NCBI GenBank assembly: GCA_015064355.1
Contig: SVSJ01000001.1
Span: 13,564 to 77,563, forward strand
DNA: 64,000 nt
From: Oscillospiraceae bacterium
Lineage (GTDB): Bacteria; Bacillota; Clostridia; Oscillospirales; CAG-272
Direction: 5' to 3'
Shown here: positions 48,030 through 57,717 of the stretch, piece after piece
Numbering within the stretch: the stretch's first letter is position 1
Layout of the letters: every line of letters begins with the position of its first letter
Position numbers and translations under genes: made by a program
The notes under the pieces: generated by a model
What the model was told of the DNA's origin: nothing
What the model saw: only the letters and a program-made list of their open reading frames with translations
Database searches by the model: none

Positions 48030-50294
48030 TTATTCTTCTGATTCAGGTTCAGAAATTTCTTTCTTGAATCCGCAATTTTCTGTTCTGCAAACAAGGAGGT
48101 TCTTACCTTTCTTACGGAACAGCATTTTTCCGCAAACAGGACAGTTTTCTTTTGTGGGCATATCCCATGAAGAGAATTTGCATTCGGGATACTTTGAACA
48201 GCTGTAGAATACAGTTTTATTCTTTCCGTGCTTTGTGATAATTTCAGAACCGCATTCAGGACAGTTAACGCCGAGAGGTCTGGTCTTCTGTTTTGTGAAC
48301 TTACATTCGGGATACTTAGTGCAAGCGTAGAAGCTACCGTATCTACCGGTTCTGAGCACCATATCGGAGCCACAAAGTTCGCATTTCATAGGTGCGATTT
48401 CAGGTTTTTTAGTTTCGGGCTGTTCTGTTGACTTTGTCAGAGGCTTTGTGTTCTTACAAGTAGGATAATTGGGACAAGCAGCAAACTTACCAAATCTGCC
48501 GTTCTTAACAATCATCTTACTGCCGCAGTTTTCGCAGATAATATCGGTTTCCTCGGCAGGGACCTCAATATCGCTCATAGAAACATTGCTCAAAGCCTTA
48601 TCAAGCTCACCCTTGAAGTCATCGTAGAACTCATTTAACACCTTAAGCATTGAATTATCGCCGCTCTCGATATTGTCGAGCTGGTCTTCCATAGACGCTG
48701 TAAACTTATAGTCTACGATATCCGGGAAGTTTTCGCACATAAGCTTGGTGATTACTTCGCCAAGTGAAGTGGGCACAAGAGCCTTACCATCACGCTTTAC
48801 GTAACCTCTTGTTGTGATGATAGTAATTATAGTTGTGTAAGTGCTGGGACGACCGATTCCCTTTTCTTCGAGGAATTTAACGAGGGATGCTTCGGTATAT
48901 CTCGGCGGAGGTGTTGTGAAGTGTTGGTTGGGTACTATGCTTTCAGCAGTAAGTGCATCACCGACATTAACCTCTGGAAGTCTTGTATTACTCTCGTCAG
49001 ACGCTTTCGCATCATCGGTGGATTCTTCATAAAGAGCCATATATCCCGGGAACTTTACTGTATATCCGCTGGTTCTGAAGATGTAACCTGCGCATTCAAG
49101 GTCTATCTGTGTGGTAGAAAGTTCTGCCGACTCCATCTGGCTTGCAATGAAGCGGTCCCATATAAGCTTATAAAGCTTGAACTGGTCGGGTGTGAGATGC
49201 TTCTTAATAGCTGTGGGCTCGATCATCTCGGTAGAAGGTCTGATAGCTTCGTGAGCGTCCTGTGCGTTTGCCTTGGACTTATATACTCTGGGTGTTGAAG
49301 GATAATACTTCTCGCCAATTTTATCGAGGATATAATTCTTAGCAGCAAGCTGAGCTTCTTCGGAGATTCTGAGAGAGTCGGTACGCATATAAGTGATAAG
49401 ACCCTGTACGCCACCGTGCTCTGCGCCAATGTTAACACCTTCATAAAGCTCCTGAGCAACTCTCATAGTACGCTGAGACTGGAAATTGAGCTTTCTGGAT
49501 GCTTCCTGCTGGAGGGTTGATGTGGTGAAAGGCGGTGCGGGATTTTTCGTCTTCTTGCCGGTCTTAATGTCGGAGACAGTGAATGTATTGCCTGCTACAG
49601 CATTATATATCTTCATAGCGTCAGCTTCGCACTCGATCTCAACTTTATTGGGATCTCCGACAACGCCATAGAACTTGCTTTCAAAGGATTTGTTATCTGC
49701 TGTGTCAACTACAACGTCGATAGTCCAATACTCCTTGGGAATGAACGCTCTGATCTCGTTTTCCCTTTCAACGATGATTCTTGTTGCAACAGACTGAACT
49801 CTACCTGCGGAAAGACCGCTCTTAACTGTTTTCCAGAGGAATGGGCTGAGCTTGTATCCAACGATTCTGTCAAGAATACGTCTTGCCTGCTGAGCGTTAA
49901 CAACGTTCATATCAATTTCGCGAGGATGCTTGATTGATTCTTTAACAACACTTTTTGTTACTGCGTTGAATGTTACTCTCTTAACCTTCTCCGGGGGAAT
50001 ATTCAATGCATTAACAAGATGCCATGCAATAGCTTCGCCTTCGCGGTCAGGGTCAGTTGCGAGAAAAACTTTGTCCGCTTTCTTAACTTCTTTCTTAAGA
50101 TCTTTTATAAGATCGCCTTTTCCGCGTATATTTATATAATGCGCTTCAAAGTCATTTTCAATATCGATACCGAGAGTAGATTTGGGCAGGTCACGAATAT
50201 GACCCTTAGAAGCCACGACCTTATATGATGAGCCGAGATAGCTCTTAACGGTATTTGCTTTCGGAGGTGACTCCATAATTACAAGATTTGCCAT
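48030..50294 (-). CDS. topA: DNA topoisomerase I
   Basis: Toprim ES..K and DPDREGE, SAGRVQ, LITYMRTDS, QDAHEAIRP, GIGRPST; four C-terminal Zn ribbons. Confidence 0.97.
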   Translation of the reverse strand: MANLVIMESPPKANTVKSYLGSSYKVVASKGHIRDLPKSTLGIDIENDFEAHYINIRGKGDLIKDLKKEVKKADKVFLATDPDREGEAIAWHLVNALNIPPEKVKRVTFNAVTKSVVKESIKHPREIDMNVVNAQQARRILDRIVGYKLSPFLWKTVKSGLSAGRVQSVATRIIVERENEIRAFIPKEYWTIDVVVDTADNKSFESKFYGVVGDPNKVEIECEADAMKIYNAVAGNTFTVSDIKTGKKTKNPAPPFTTSTLQQEASRKLNFQSQRTMRVAQELYEGVNIGAEHGGVQGLITYMRTDSLRISEEAQLAAKNYILDKIGEKYYPSTPRVYKSKANAQDAHEAIRPSTEMIEPTAIKKHLTPDQFKLYKLIWDRFIASQMESAELSTTQIDLECAGYIFRTSGYTVKFPGYMALYEESTDDAKASDESNTRLPEVNVGDALTAESIVPNQHFTTPPPRYTEASLVKFLEEKGIGRPSTYTTIITIITTRGYVKRDGKALVPTSLGEVITKLMCENFPDIVDYKFTASMEDQLDNIESGDNSMLKVLNEFYDDFKGELDKALSNVSMSDIEVPAEETDIICENCGSKMIVKNGRFGKFAACPNYPTCKNTKPLTKSTEQPETKKPEIAPMKCELCGSDMVLRTGRYGSFYACTKYPECKFTKQKTRPLGVNCPECGSEIITKHGKNKTVFYSCSKYPECKFSSWDMPTKENCPVCGKMLFRKKGKNLLVCRTENCGFKKEISEPESEE

Positions 50295-50348
50295 TTGGAA
50301 TGATTCCCTTCATGCTATGGTAAAATTTATATTTTGGCCGATGAAACC

Positions 50349-51824
50349 TTAATCGTTTGAACTTAACATTATATCATCTTCGCAAACGCGCATAAAGTAT
50401 CCGCCTCCGCCAGACTCAACAGCACCTGCCATTTCGAGCATAGTAAGCGCACTCATAATATCGCTGATCGATGTGTTGGAATCAACGAGATTATCCGGGA
50501 GGACCGGTACGTTTGGTTTCATCTTATTATATACCTTGATTTCACTTTCATCAAGCATATCAAGCTCAATTTTTTTAGCTTGAATAACTTTTTCTTCAGA
50601 TTTTACCGTTTCTTTCGGTAAATTCTGATGTTTTCTATCAGTTTTTTTCTTCCGGTCTGCCTGCGCAGTCACTTTTTCTTCAATCTTCTGTTTCGGCGCA
50701 GACTTAGGATCGGAAGATACTTTTGCAGGCTTTCTCGCGGGAGAATTATCTGAAGCATAAGCAGCTTTAGCTACCCGATTATCCTTGATTCTGCCGCCGT
50801 ATGTTCCCTTGCCTACATAGTTACCGGATAGTCTTGAGCCAATACGCATGCGTTCCATAGCAAACTGTGACATAGATTCAAAGTCAAGATGTCGCATTTT
50901 AGAACGCGCGTACTGGAGATTAATTGTCTTATTATATATAAATTCAAATTCTGCAAGGATATCCTCGGCGCATACGCAAGGAATGGCTCCGTCTTGGATA
51001 AGCGCGTTAGGACCTTCAGCGCCAGGATCGCCAACCTTACCGGGCACAGCAAACAACTTTTTACCCTGCATCTGCGCAAGATTAGCGGTAATGAGAGCAC
51101 CGCTGTTGGCACCGGCTTCAACAACAACTGTTGCGTCGGATAAAGCGCTCATAATTCTGTTTCTGACGGGGAAATGACTGCCAATCGGAGGTGTTCCCGG
51201 AGGATACTCGGAAATAACAGCACCATTATTCATGAGCTTATAGTAAATATCAGTGTGTTCTTTAGGATAAATCACGTCAATGCCTGAGCCAAGGACGGTA
51301 ATTGTTTTGCCCTTGGATTCCATAGCACCGAGAAGTGCCATGCTGTCTGCGCCAAGAGCCATACCGCTTACAACAACAGCACCGCCAAGTGCTAATCCGG
51401 CACCAAGCGAGTATGCGATCCTGCGCCCATAATCAGTCATAGTGCGTGTACCAACAACTGTGGTAAGCATATTGTTTTCGCAGTCAGGCATTTCACCGCG
51501 CACGTATAGTACAAGAGGAAAATCACGAATGATCTTCAACTGCTTGGGGTATTTGTCTGAGGCATAAGTTATGATAGTTGCTCCGCATTCTTCAGCACGG
51601 CGCACAATATCCTCTGCACGAGCAAGAGAACGGTTAGAAAGCTTTGATTTGATCTTGATAAGTTTCTCTTCAGAAAACTCATCATCAGGCTCAAGCTTGT
51701 CTACGGCACCGTCATATATCTTATCAGCTGCCTTGAAACGATTAATAAGACTAGCCGCTATAGTGCTGCCCTGTCCAAGAGCTTCCGCCAGCCATATCCA
51801 ATACAGTCTGCTATCCTCAGCCAT
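50349..51824 (-). CDS. dprA: DNA-processing protein DprA with long internal linker
   Basis: YP..L..I...P.VLY, VVGTR, SGMALGAD, FPVRNRI, VVEA...SGALIT, AVPG; C-terminal wHTH. ATG 51824 follows AAGGAG. Confidence 0.93.
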   Translation of the reverse strand: MAEDSRLYWIWLAEALGQGSTIAASLINRFKAADKIYDGAVDKLEPDDEFSEEKLIKIKSKLSNRSLARAEDIVRRAEECGATIITYASDKYPKQLKIIRDFPLVLYVRGEMPDCENNMLTTVVGTRTMTDYGRRIAYSLGAGLALGGAVVVSGMALGADSMALLGAMESKGKTITVLGSGIDVIYPKEHTDIYYKLMNNGAVISEYPPGTPPIGSHFPVRNRIMSALSDATVVVEAGANSGALITANLAQMQGKKLFAVPGKVGDPGAEGPNALIQDGAIPCVCAEDILAEFEFIYNKTINLQYARSKMRHLDFESMSQFAMERMRIGSRLSGNYVGKGTYGGRIKDNRVAKAAYASDNSPARKPAKVSSDPKSAPKQKIEEKVTAQADRKKKTDRKHQNLPKETVKSEEKVIQAKKIELDMLDESEIKVYNKMKPNVPVLPDNLVDSNTSISDIMSALTMLEMAGAVESGGGGYFMRVCEDDIMLSSND

Positions 51825-51834
51825 AATATACTCC

Positions 51835-52674
51835 TTAAATGTTAATTCTGTGGTACTCCCAAAGAATACAGGTAGCCGCTTGCGCAGCATTAAGACTTTC
51901 GGTATTTCCAGCCATGGGTATCATCAATGAGTAATCACACTCATTCAAAATTTCAGTTGAAATACCATGGCCTTCATTTCCGATTACGGGACAATCGCGG
52001 GGGTCTATGTCGTATTTGCCCAGAACCAAAGTGTGTTCGCCAAGTGAAGCTCCGAGCACTCGTCTGCCGCAGGATTTCATAGCGCGAACTATGTCTGCAC
52101 CATCTGTTGTTACATAAATTGGAATTCGGAACAAGGAACCCATTGCCGCGCGGATGGTTTTATTGTTATAGATATCAGCACAATTGTGTAAGATCACGCC
52201 GGTTACACCAAGTGCTTCGGCAGATCTGATTATAGTGCCGAGATTGCCGGGGTCTCTTATACCGTCAAGCATAATGAGACGTTTATTCTCCTGCCACGCG
52301 GAAAAATCACCGTCAGTTTGTGCCTGGCTCAGATATTTAGTTACAGCAATAACCCCTTGAGGAGCTTTCTCGGTGGAAATCTTCTCAAAAGCATGATCTG
52401 CAAGCACAATAATATCTACCCCTTTACTATGGGCAGTATCAATAATCTGATTCGCCACATAACCGCTGTTCAAGGTTAATTCTGCAACGATAAGCTTATC
52501 AACATCCGCGTATGCCAGAGCTTCGCCTGCAAGCTTTATTCCTTCAGCAAGAAACAGTTTGTTTTCATCACGGTTTTTCTTGTCATTAAGCTTTCCCCAA
52601 AGTACAACTCGTACATTGGAACGGGAGGAAATATACTCGGCGTTATACTTATTTACATAATAATCAACGTTCAT
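51835..52674 (-). CDS. TrmH/SpoU-family RNA 2'-O-methyltransferase
   Basis: EG.KL, PQG, DPGNLGTIIRSA, GNEGHG, IPM....ESLN. Confidence 0.93.
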   Translation of the reverse strand: MNVDYYVNKYNAEYISSRSNVRVVLWGKLNDKKNRDENKLFLAEGIKLAGEALAYADVDKLIVAELTLNSGYVANQIIDTAHSKGVDIIVLADHAFEKISTEKAPQGVIAVTKYLSQAQTDGDFSAWQENKRLIMLDGIRDPGNLGTIIRSAEALGVTGVILHNCADIYNNKTIRAAMGSLFRIPIYVTTDGADIVRAMKSCGRRVLGASLGEHTLVLGKYDIDPRDCPVIGNEGHGISTEILNECDYSLMIPMAGNTESLNAAQAATCILWEYHRINI

Positions 52675-52718
52675 AAAAAATACAAATAGAGGATGTCACT
52701 ATTGCCGCAACACCCTCT
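52675..52718 (-). terminator. Intrinsic terminator after rplT
   Basis: Minus strand AGAGGGTGTTGC-GGCAATA-GTGACATCCTCT followed by ATTTGTATTTTTT. Confidence 0.7.
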
Positions 52719-52730
52719 TATATGTTTCAA

Positions 52731-53084
52731 TTAAAGAGCTGCCTTTGCAGTTTCAGCGAGAGCAGCGAATGCTTCCTTGTCGGATACTGCGATTTCAGCG
52801 AGCATCTTACGGTTGAGGTCTACACCGGCAAGCTTCAGACCATGCATAAATGTGGAATAGTTCATGCCGTTTACCTTTGCCTGAGCGGAGATACGAGTGA
52901 TCCACAGAGCGCGGAAATCTCTCTTCTTCTGCTTACGTCCGATATATGCGTAGTTACCGCTCTTCATTACGGCCTGCTTAGCCATCTTGAAGTGCTTGCT
53001 CTTAGAACCCCAATAACCCTTAGCAGCCTTAAGTACTTTATTTCTTCTCTTGCGCGTCATCATTGCGCCTTTTACTCTAGCCAT
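52731..53084 (-). CDS. rplT: 50S ribosomal protein L20
   Basis: [33 protein letters not shown]. Confidence 0.98.
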   Translation of the reverse strand: MARVKGAMMTRKRRNKVLKAAKGYWGSKSKHFKMAKQAVMKSGNYAYIGRKQKKRDFRALWITRISAQAKVNGMNYSTFMHGLKLAGVDLNRKMLAEIAVSDKEAFAALAETAKAAL

Positions 53085-53123
53085 TTTATACTATCCTTTC
53101 TCTACTTTACTTATTCTCTTAAA

Positions 53124-53321
53124 TCAGTCTTTGTTGATCAGTCTCTTGACATTAGCTGTCATTGCAGGACTGAGAATCTGGCTGCTTCTGAGGTGTCTCT
53201 TTCTCTTTGCTGTCTTCTGACCGAGATTATGTCTGTGATCAGAGTGGAAAACTTTTACTTTGCCTGTGCCTGTAACGGCAAATCTCTTGGCTGAAGCCTT
53301 ATGTGTCTTGATCTTACCCAT
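53124..53321 (-). CDS. rpmI: 50S ribosomal protein L35
   Basis: KIKTHK...KRF..TGTGK, K..KRKRHLR; lies between infC and rplT. Confidence 0.97.
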   Translation of the reverse strand: MGKIKTHKASAKRFAVTGTGKVKVFHSDHRHNLGQKTAKRKRHLRSSQILSPAMTANVKRLINKD

Positions 53322-53404
53322 TTTTGTAATCCTTTCGGTTTATATTATTCGTTTTGTCGTAAAACTCTGCGGTTCTTTGTGTCGGTTAACACTAATCGCG
53401 CGAA

Positions 53405-53929
53405 TTACTTAGCTGAATTCTTCACAGGAACAACAAACATTGTAAGTTGTCTTCCTTCGAGTGTAGGCTTCTTGTCGACAGTACCGTATTCGGATACGTA
53501 ATCAACAAACTTTTCCAACACTTCTCTGCCAAGTTCCTGGTGAGCGATCTCACGGCCCTTGAAGCGGAGACACACTCTAACTTTGTTGCCGCTCTGTAAG
53601 AATTTGATTGCTTTGTTTGCTTTTGTCTCGAAGTCGTGAGTGTCGATTCTGCAAGAAAGCTGTACTTCTTTAACTTCGATAACCTGCTGTTTTTTCTTTG
53701 CTTCCTTCTCTCTCTTGTCAACTTCATAACGGTACTTGCCGTAATCCATTGAGCGGCATACGGGAGGGTTTGCTGTAGGAGCGATGAGCACGAGGTCATA
53801 TCCGTGTTCGTAAGCGTAGGTCTTCGCATCATTCAGACTCATAATTCCGAGCTGGTTGTTGTTTTCGTCCAGCATACGCACTTCTTTGACTTTGATGTCA
53901 TCATTAATTAAAAGTTCTTTCGCGCTAAT
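53405..53929 (-). CDS. infC: Translation initiation factor IF-3 (ATT start)
   Basis: INDDI...EVR, DLV, PPVC..MDYGKY, KEV, HDF..K, RFKGRE. GGAGG-N9-ATT at 53929; the ORF-track start at 54070 is the leader. Confidence 0.95.
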   Translation of the reverse strand: MSAKELLINDDIKVKEVRMLDENNNQLGIMSLNDAKTYAYEHGYDLVLIAPTANPPVCRSMDYGKYRYEVDKREKEAKKKQQVIEVKEVQLSCRIDTHDFETKANKAIKFLQSGNKVRVCLRFKGREIAHQELGREVLEKFVDYVSEYGTVDKKPTLEGRQLTMFVVPVKNSAK

Positions 53930-53947
53930 AGTTAAGCACCTCCAAAT

Positions 53948-54070
53948 TGAATAAAACAAAAAATCGCACAAAGAACATTCTTCTCCGCACGACAAAATAC
54001 ACCTTAAATTGCTATTGACCTTAACGTGCCATATTGCAGTAAGGTGAGAACGGAGAGTGTTCTGCTTCAT
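53948..54070 (-). ncRNA. Ribosomal protein L20 leader (cis-regulatory RNA)
   Basis: GAAGCAGAACACTCTCCGTTCTCACC...GCGGAGAAGAATGTTCT plus a U-rich tail upstream of infC-rpmI-rplT; resembles the Firmicute L20 leader. Ends are approximate. Confidence 0.75.
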
Positions 54071-54081
54071 TGTTCCTTGAT

Positions 54082-54110
54082 ATTATACTACTGTTATTTT
54101 ACTTTGTCAA
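54082..54110 (-). promoter_or_regulatory. sigA promoter of the infC operon
   Basis: Perfect TTGACA-N17-TATAAT on the minus strand. Confidence 0.8.
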
Positions 54111-54252
54111 GTACTTTTTTACAAATATTTTCATTATTTTTTGTATTATATGACGATATGGATTTTTATCTCACAAATAATATCGCTTAAGCTCGTTAAT
54201 AATATTTAGCGGAACGAGCGTGCGTTCTATAATATAGATTGATAACGCTATC

Positions 54253-54283
54253 ACGGAGTATTCCACACGCAGGAATTCTCCGT
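54253..54283 (-). terminator. Stem-loop downstream of sigK
   Basis: ACGGAGTATTCC/GGAATTCTCCGT inverted repeat with one mismatch; no U-tract. Confidence 0.4.
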
Positions 54284-54288
54284 ACATA

Positions 54289-54969
54289 TCAAAGCGCGTT
54301 TCTTATTTTATCAAGAGCACTCTTCTCTATCCTGCTTACGTATGACCTTGAGATACCAAGTATTTTCGCAACCTCCCGTTGGGTTTTAGGATTGTTTCCG
54401 CTGATTCCATATCTTAATGTTATAATTTGCCGCTCCCTCTCGTCAAGCTCTTTCATAATGAATTTTGCAGCTTTTGACAATTTTATCTTCGCGTCCAAAT
54501 CGTCTGCAATCGTATCGTCAATCTTTATTATGTCCTCGTAAGTCAAGGCGTTACCGTCACGGTCGGTGTCGATTGTATCGTTTATTGATATTTCCTGTGA
54601 GAGCTTCCTTTGAGAGCGGAAATACATAAGTATCTCGTTTTGTATACATTTGGCGGCATATGTAGCAAATCTCGCTCCGTTGTCGATATCGTATGAGTCT
54701 ACAGATTTGATCAAACCGATCGTGCCGATTGATATAAGATCTTCTTCAGAGGGATTTGACGCATAATACTTCCTGACAATATGAGCCACAAGCCTCAGAT
54801 TGTGCTCAATCAGCCTTTCCCTTGCATTAGTATCCCAAGAATCTTTTAGCTTCCTGAATAGTTTATCCTCTTCATCGCGGCTCAGGGGTGGCGGAAAATT
54901 GTTTCCACCGTTAGACGACAGGACTGATATTGCAAACCCTGCAATCGCTGTTAACAGTAACTCAAGCAT
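54289..54969 (-). CDS. sigK: RNA polymerase sporulation sigma factor, pro-SigK (uninterrupted)
   Basis: Hydrophobic pro-peptide, FPPPLS..EE, LIEHNLRLVAHIVRKY, DLISIGTIGLIK, NEILMYFR, TQREVA..LGISRSYVSRIEK. ATG 54969 follows GGAG. Confidence 0.92.
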   Translation of the reverse strand: MLELLLTAIAGFAISVLSSNGGNNFPPPLSRDEEDKLFRKLKDSWDTNARERLIEHNLRLVAHIVRKYYASNPSEEDLISIGTIGLIKSVDSYDIDNGARFATYAAKCIQNEILMYFRSQRKLSQEISINDTIDTDRDGNALTYEDIIKIDDTIADDLDAKIKLSKAAKFIMKELDERERQIITLRYGISGNNPKTQREVAKILGISRSYVSRIEKSALDKIRNAL

Positions 54970-55104
54970 AATGATCTCCAAACCGGTAAAATATATGATT
55001 AATTCTATTCGCAGATCCGGCAGGATATTAACAACATTTTCCTGGTCTAAACTAATTCATGGCGGGAACACTATAATCGAGATTACGAAAGGAGTAATAT
55101 ATTT

Positions 55105-55314
55105 ATGCTTGACAGACTTTCTCTTATACTTGTAATTATCGGTGCGCTCAACTGGGGGTCTATCGGATTATTCAAGTTCGATTTGGTATCCTGGCTCTGC
55201 GGTGGTCAAGGTTCTGTAATCGCACGAATCATCTACACAGTTGTTGCACTTGCCGGACTCTGGTGTATTTCCCTTATCTTCAGACCCCGTGTCAGTGAAT
55301 ACAGCGAAAGATAA
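55105..55314 (+). CDS. DUF378 (YuzA-like) small membrane protein
   Basis: LVIIGALNWG.IGLF.FDLV..L.GG, RIIY..V.LAG; AAGGAG RBS. Confidence 0.92.
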   Translation: MLDRLSLILVIIGALNWGSIGLFKFDLVSWLCGGQGSVIARIIYTVVALAGLWCISLIFRPRVSEYSER

Positions 55315-55318
55315 ACAG

Positions 55319-55354
55319 AAAACTGCAGTACGCCAAAAGGTATACTGCAGTTTT
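55319..55354. terminator. Bidirectional intrinsic terminator
   Basis: AAAACTGCAGTA..CC-AAAA-GG..TACTGCAGTTTT. Confidence 0.85.
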
Positions 55355-55368
55355 ATTAATGTTATGCC

Positions 55369-57717
55369 TTATTTGTTTGAAGTGAAAATAGCTTCGAGCT
55401 CTGCGTAGGACAAGGCATCCGGACGGAAATAAACTTCTCTATCATGATTGTATCCGTAGTCCACAAGAAGAATGTAATCGGTACTTGCTGCCTTGCTGAA
55501 TTCCATGACGCTCCATTTGTCATCGCAAATACTGGAGGATGCGTCAAGCAGCTTATATATATCAGCTTTGTTGTCAACAATAACCGCCTCAAATGTTATT
55601 GCGTTCACAAGTGCAACAGATTCGATTTGTTCGGACAGGTAATTCAGAACGTCCTTCTCTGAATTGAACTTTCCAAACGCTTCAACACACTCTTCACGAG
55701 CTGCAACGGATGAGCTGTATTCGTAAACCATTTCGCCGTACTTTTCATACAAAAACTTTGATTCATAGAAATAATCTTCGTCTGCGTTATCAAGCACGTT
55801 ACTAAGTGCGTTAAGAAGCTTTACGTCACAGGAATAAACCGGGAAATACATATAATTGCCAACGAATTTGTTATTCGTATCGACAGAATGGAAGTTAAGC
55901 CATCCAATAAGCACGGAACTATCTCTTTTAGCAGGATCGAAAACACATTCACTGATAACATTTTCGAAATCCTCAAAATCAAATTCTCTATACGCAGAAA
56001 CAAGCTGTTCGCTGTATCCGAGAATATTAAAGTCGAGCATATTCAAACTTGAATCTTTAAGTAATTCGGGCATATTGTACTGTGCAATATACTCTTCCGA
56101 ATTGATCAGCTTATCAAATGCAGTGCTGTTAACATCAACCTGAATTCTCTTTGCAAGCGGAACGCCAAAGTACGGTTTTTGTACCATTGTAACACTTTTA
56201 ACATCGTTTGTGTAATATGTGCTGTGATACATGGCTTGAGCCTTTGATATACCGTAGGCACTTGCTTCAGGCTCTCTGTCCATTTCGAAAACTCGCACAC
56301 CGTATTCATCGTAATACTCACCATAAGAGGTATAGTATCCGTTTCCTGCTGGAATGTTATCTTTGTATACGTACTCGCCAAAGTCATAGGCAAGCTTTTT
56401 CATAGTTTCCGGATCATCCGAATAAACAAATCTCACGCTGCGAAGATCAACATAGCTGTGGAGTCTGTCAAGGGAAAGAATCGTATCAATGTCATCCCCA
56501 TCAGTAAAGGTTACGTCCTCATTGACGTCGAGAGAAATTGACTTTGTCATACCTGCGCGATATGAAGTACCTATCAAGCCGGTTGCATTAAGGGGTACTA
56601 TAACGATAAATGCAAGTGCTATGCCCATGCAAATAAGAAATTTCTTGAAATCCTTGAACATTGCTCTTGTACTGCGGTACATGATCGAGTTCATCAGAAC
56701 AAGGCCTATAAGTCCCCCGAACAGGAATCCGAAGAAAATTGTTACTATATTTTGGTCGCTGATAAAATAGGATATCCAGGTGCCGAGAAGAGCTGCAGAA
56801 AATATCATTGCATATTTTACTACAACAAACACCGGCTTCCAGACAACTGTATTACCGGAAAGCTCGCTCTTTCTAAACTTGTTGAGAACCATTGCCCCTG
56901 CGTACATTACTATACTGGAAAGTGTAGCGAACAGCCAGCTGAACTTTGTTCCCTCAACGAACACTGCTATTTTGTAGACAAGATTAACAACCGGTGCCAT
57001 AAATCTGACGCTCTCCACTGAGAGATAATAATTTTCGTAAAGGTCGGAATTGTCGCACAAAAGTGTTGTTGATATCACGTAAACGGCTACAGGCAGGAAA
57101 AGAATAATTAGAAGCATCAAAAACTTCATTACGTGGGTGCCTGTAAGACCGCCTGCAAGAAGAAACGCTGTGTAAATGAAGAAATACAAAAGTATTCCCG
57201 AAAGCATTATTAAAAAGAATTTTGAGGTGTACTGTGCTGCACCGTCAACAGACAAAAGGAACATCAAGTAGCTGAGTAGATTTGCAGCAACGATTGAAAG
57301 AATGAAATAGATAGCCGGAGTTGATGTTTCTATCACAAACATAGACTCGCGACGGATCGGGAAGCTGTGATAGCATCCTACACTCTTCTTTGAGTTAACG
57401 TAAGCCATTGCGGACATACCGGAAATAACAGCAAGACCGCCTGATACAAGGAGACCGATAATCGATACATCACGCATATTGTTTTGTGTTCTCTCGATTA
57501 TATCTTCTTGGCTCAAGTCATAACCGTAAGCATCGTATTCTGCTCTGTAGATCCAGTCAACTTCGTTCTGTAGCATCACGTAAGACGGCAGAAGAATAAC
57601 GAACAATGCGATAATAAGGAACAATACAAACTGCTGCCAGTTCTGCTTCAGATAAAATTTGAAATACGGTAAAGAAGAATATCTCTTCTTATCAACCAAG
57701 ATTTTCGTGGAAGTCAT
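55369..57717 (-). CDS. ABC transporter permease with large C-terminal soluble domain (DUF6449-like)
   Basis: About 10 TMs, YHSFPIRR motif, R.SE..G motif; third gene of a GntR-ABC operon. ATG 57717 follows GAGGAG. Confidence 0.78.
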   Translation of the reverse strand: MTSTKILVDKKRYSSLPYFKFYLKQNWQQFVLFLIIALFVILLPSYVMLQNEVDWIYRAEYDAYGYDLSQEDIIERTQNNMRDVSIIGLLVSGGLAVISGMSAMAYVNSKKSVGCYHSFPIRRESMFVIETSTPAIYFILSIVAANLLSYLMFLLSVDGAAQYTSKFFLIMLSGILLYFFIYTAFLLAGGLTGTHVMKFLMLLIILFLPVAVYVISTTLLCDNSDLYENYYLSVESVRFMAPVVNLVYKIAVFVEGTKFSWLFATLSSIVMYAGAMVLNKFRKSELSGNTVVWKPVFVVVKYAMIFSAALLGTWISYFISDQNIVTIFFGFLFGGLIGLVLMNSIMYRSTRAMFKDFKKFLICMGIALAFIVIVPLNATGLIGTSYRAGMTKSISLDVNEDVTFTDGDDIDTILSLDRLHSYVDLRSVRFVYSDDPETMKKLAYDFGEYVYKDNIPAGNGYYTSYGEYYDEYGVRVFEMDREPEASAYGISKAQAMYHSTYYTNDVKSVTMVQKPYFGVPLAKRIQVDVNSTAFDKLINSEEYIAQYNMPELLKDSSLNMLDFNILGYSEQLVSAYREFDFEDFENVISECVFDPAKRDSSVLIGWLNFHSVDTNNKFVGNYMYFPVYSCDVKLLNALSNVLDNADEDYFYESKFLYEKYGEMVYEYSSSVAAREECVEAFGKFNSEKDVLNYLSEQIESVALVNAITFEAVIVDNKADIYKLLDASSSICDDKWSVMEFSKAASTDYILLVDYGYNHDREVYFRPDALSYAELEAIFTSNK

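Noticed and set aside
48030-48545. Repeated Cys motifs at the TopA C-terminus
   Set aside because: These are ordinary topoisomerase I zinc-ribbon repeats.
54191-54228. GAAC/GTTC motif and GCTCGTT...AACGAGC repeat read as a LexA box or small RNA
   Set aside because: The spacer is 8 nt rather than the 4 nt of the Firmicute SOS box, and the hairpin has a large AT loop with no supporting terminator.
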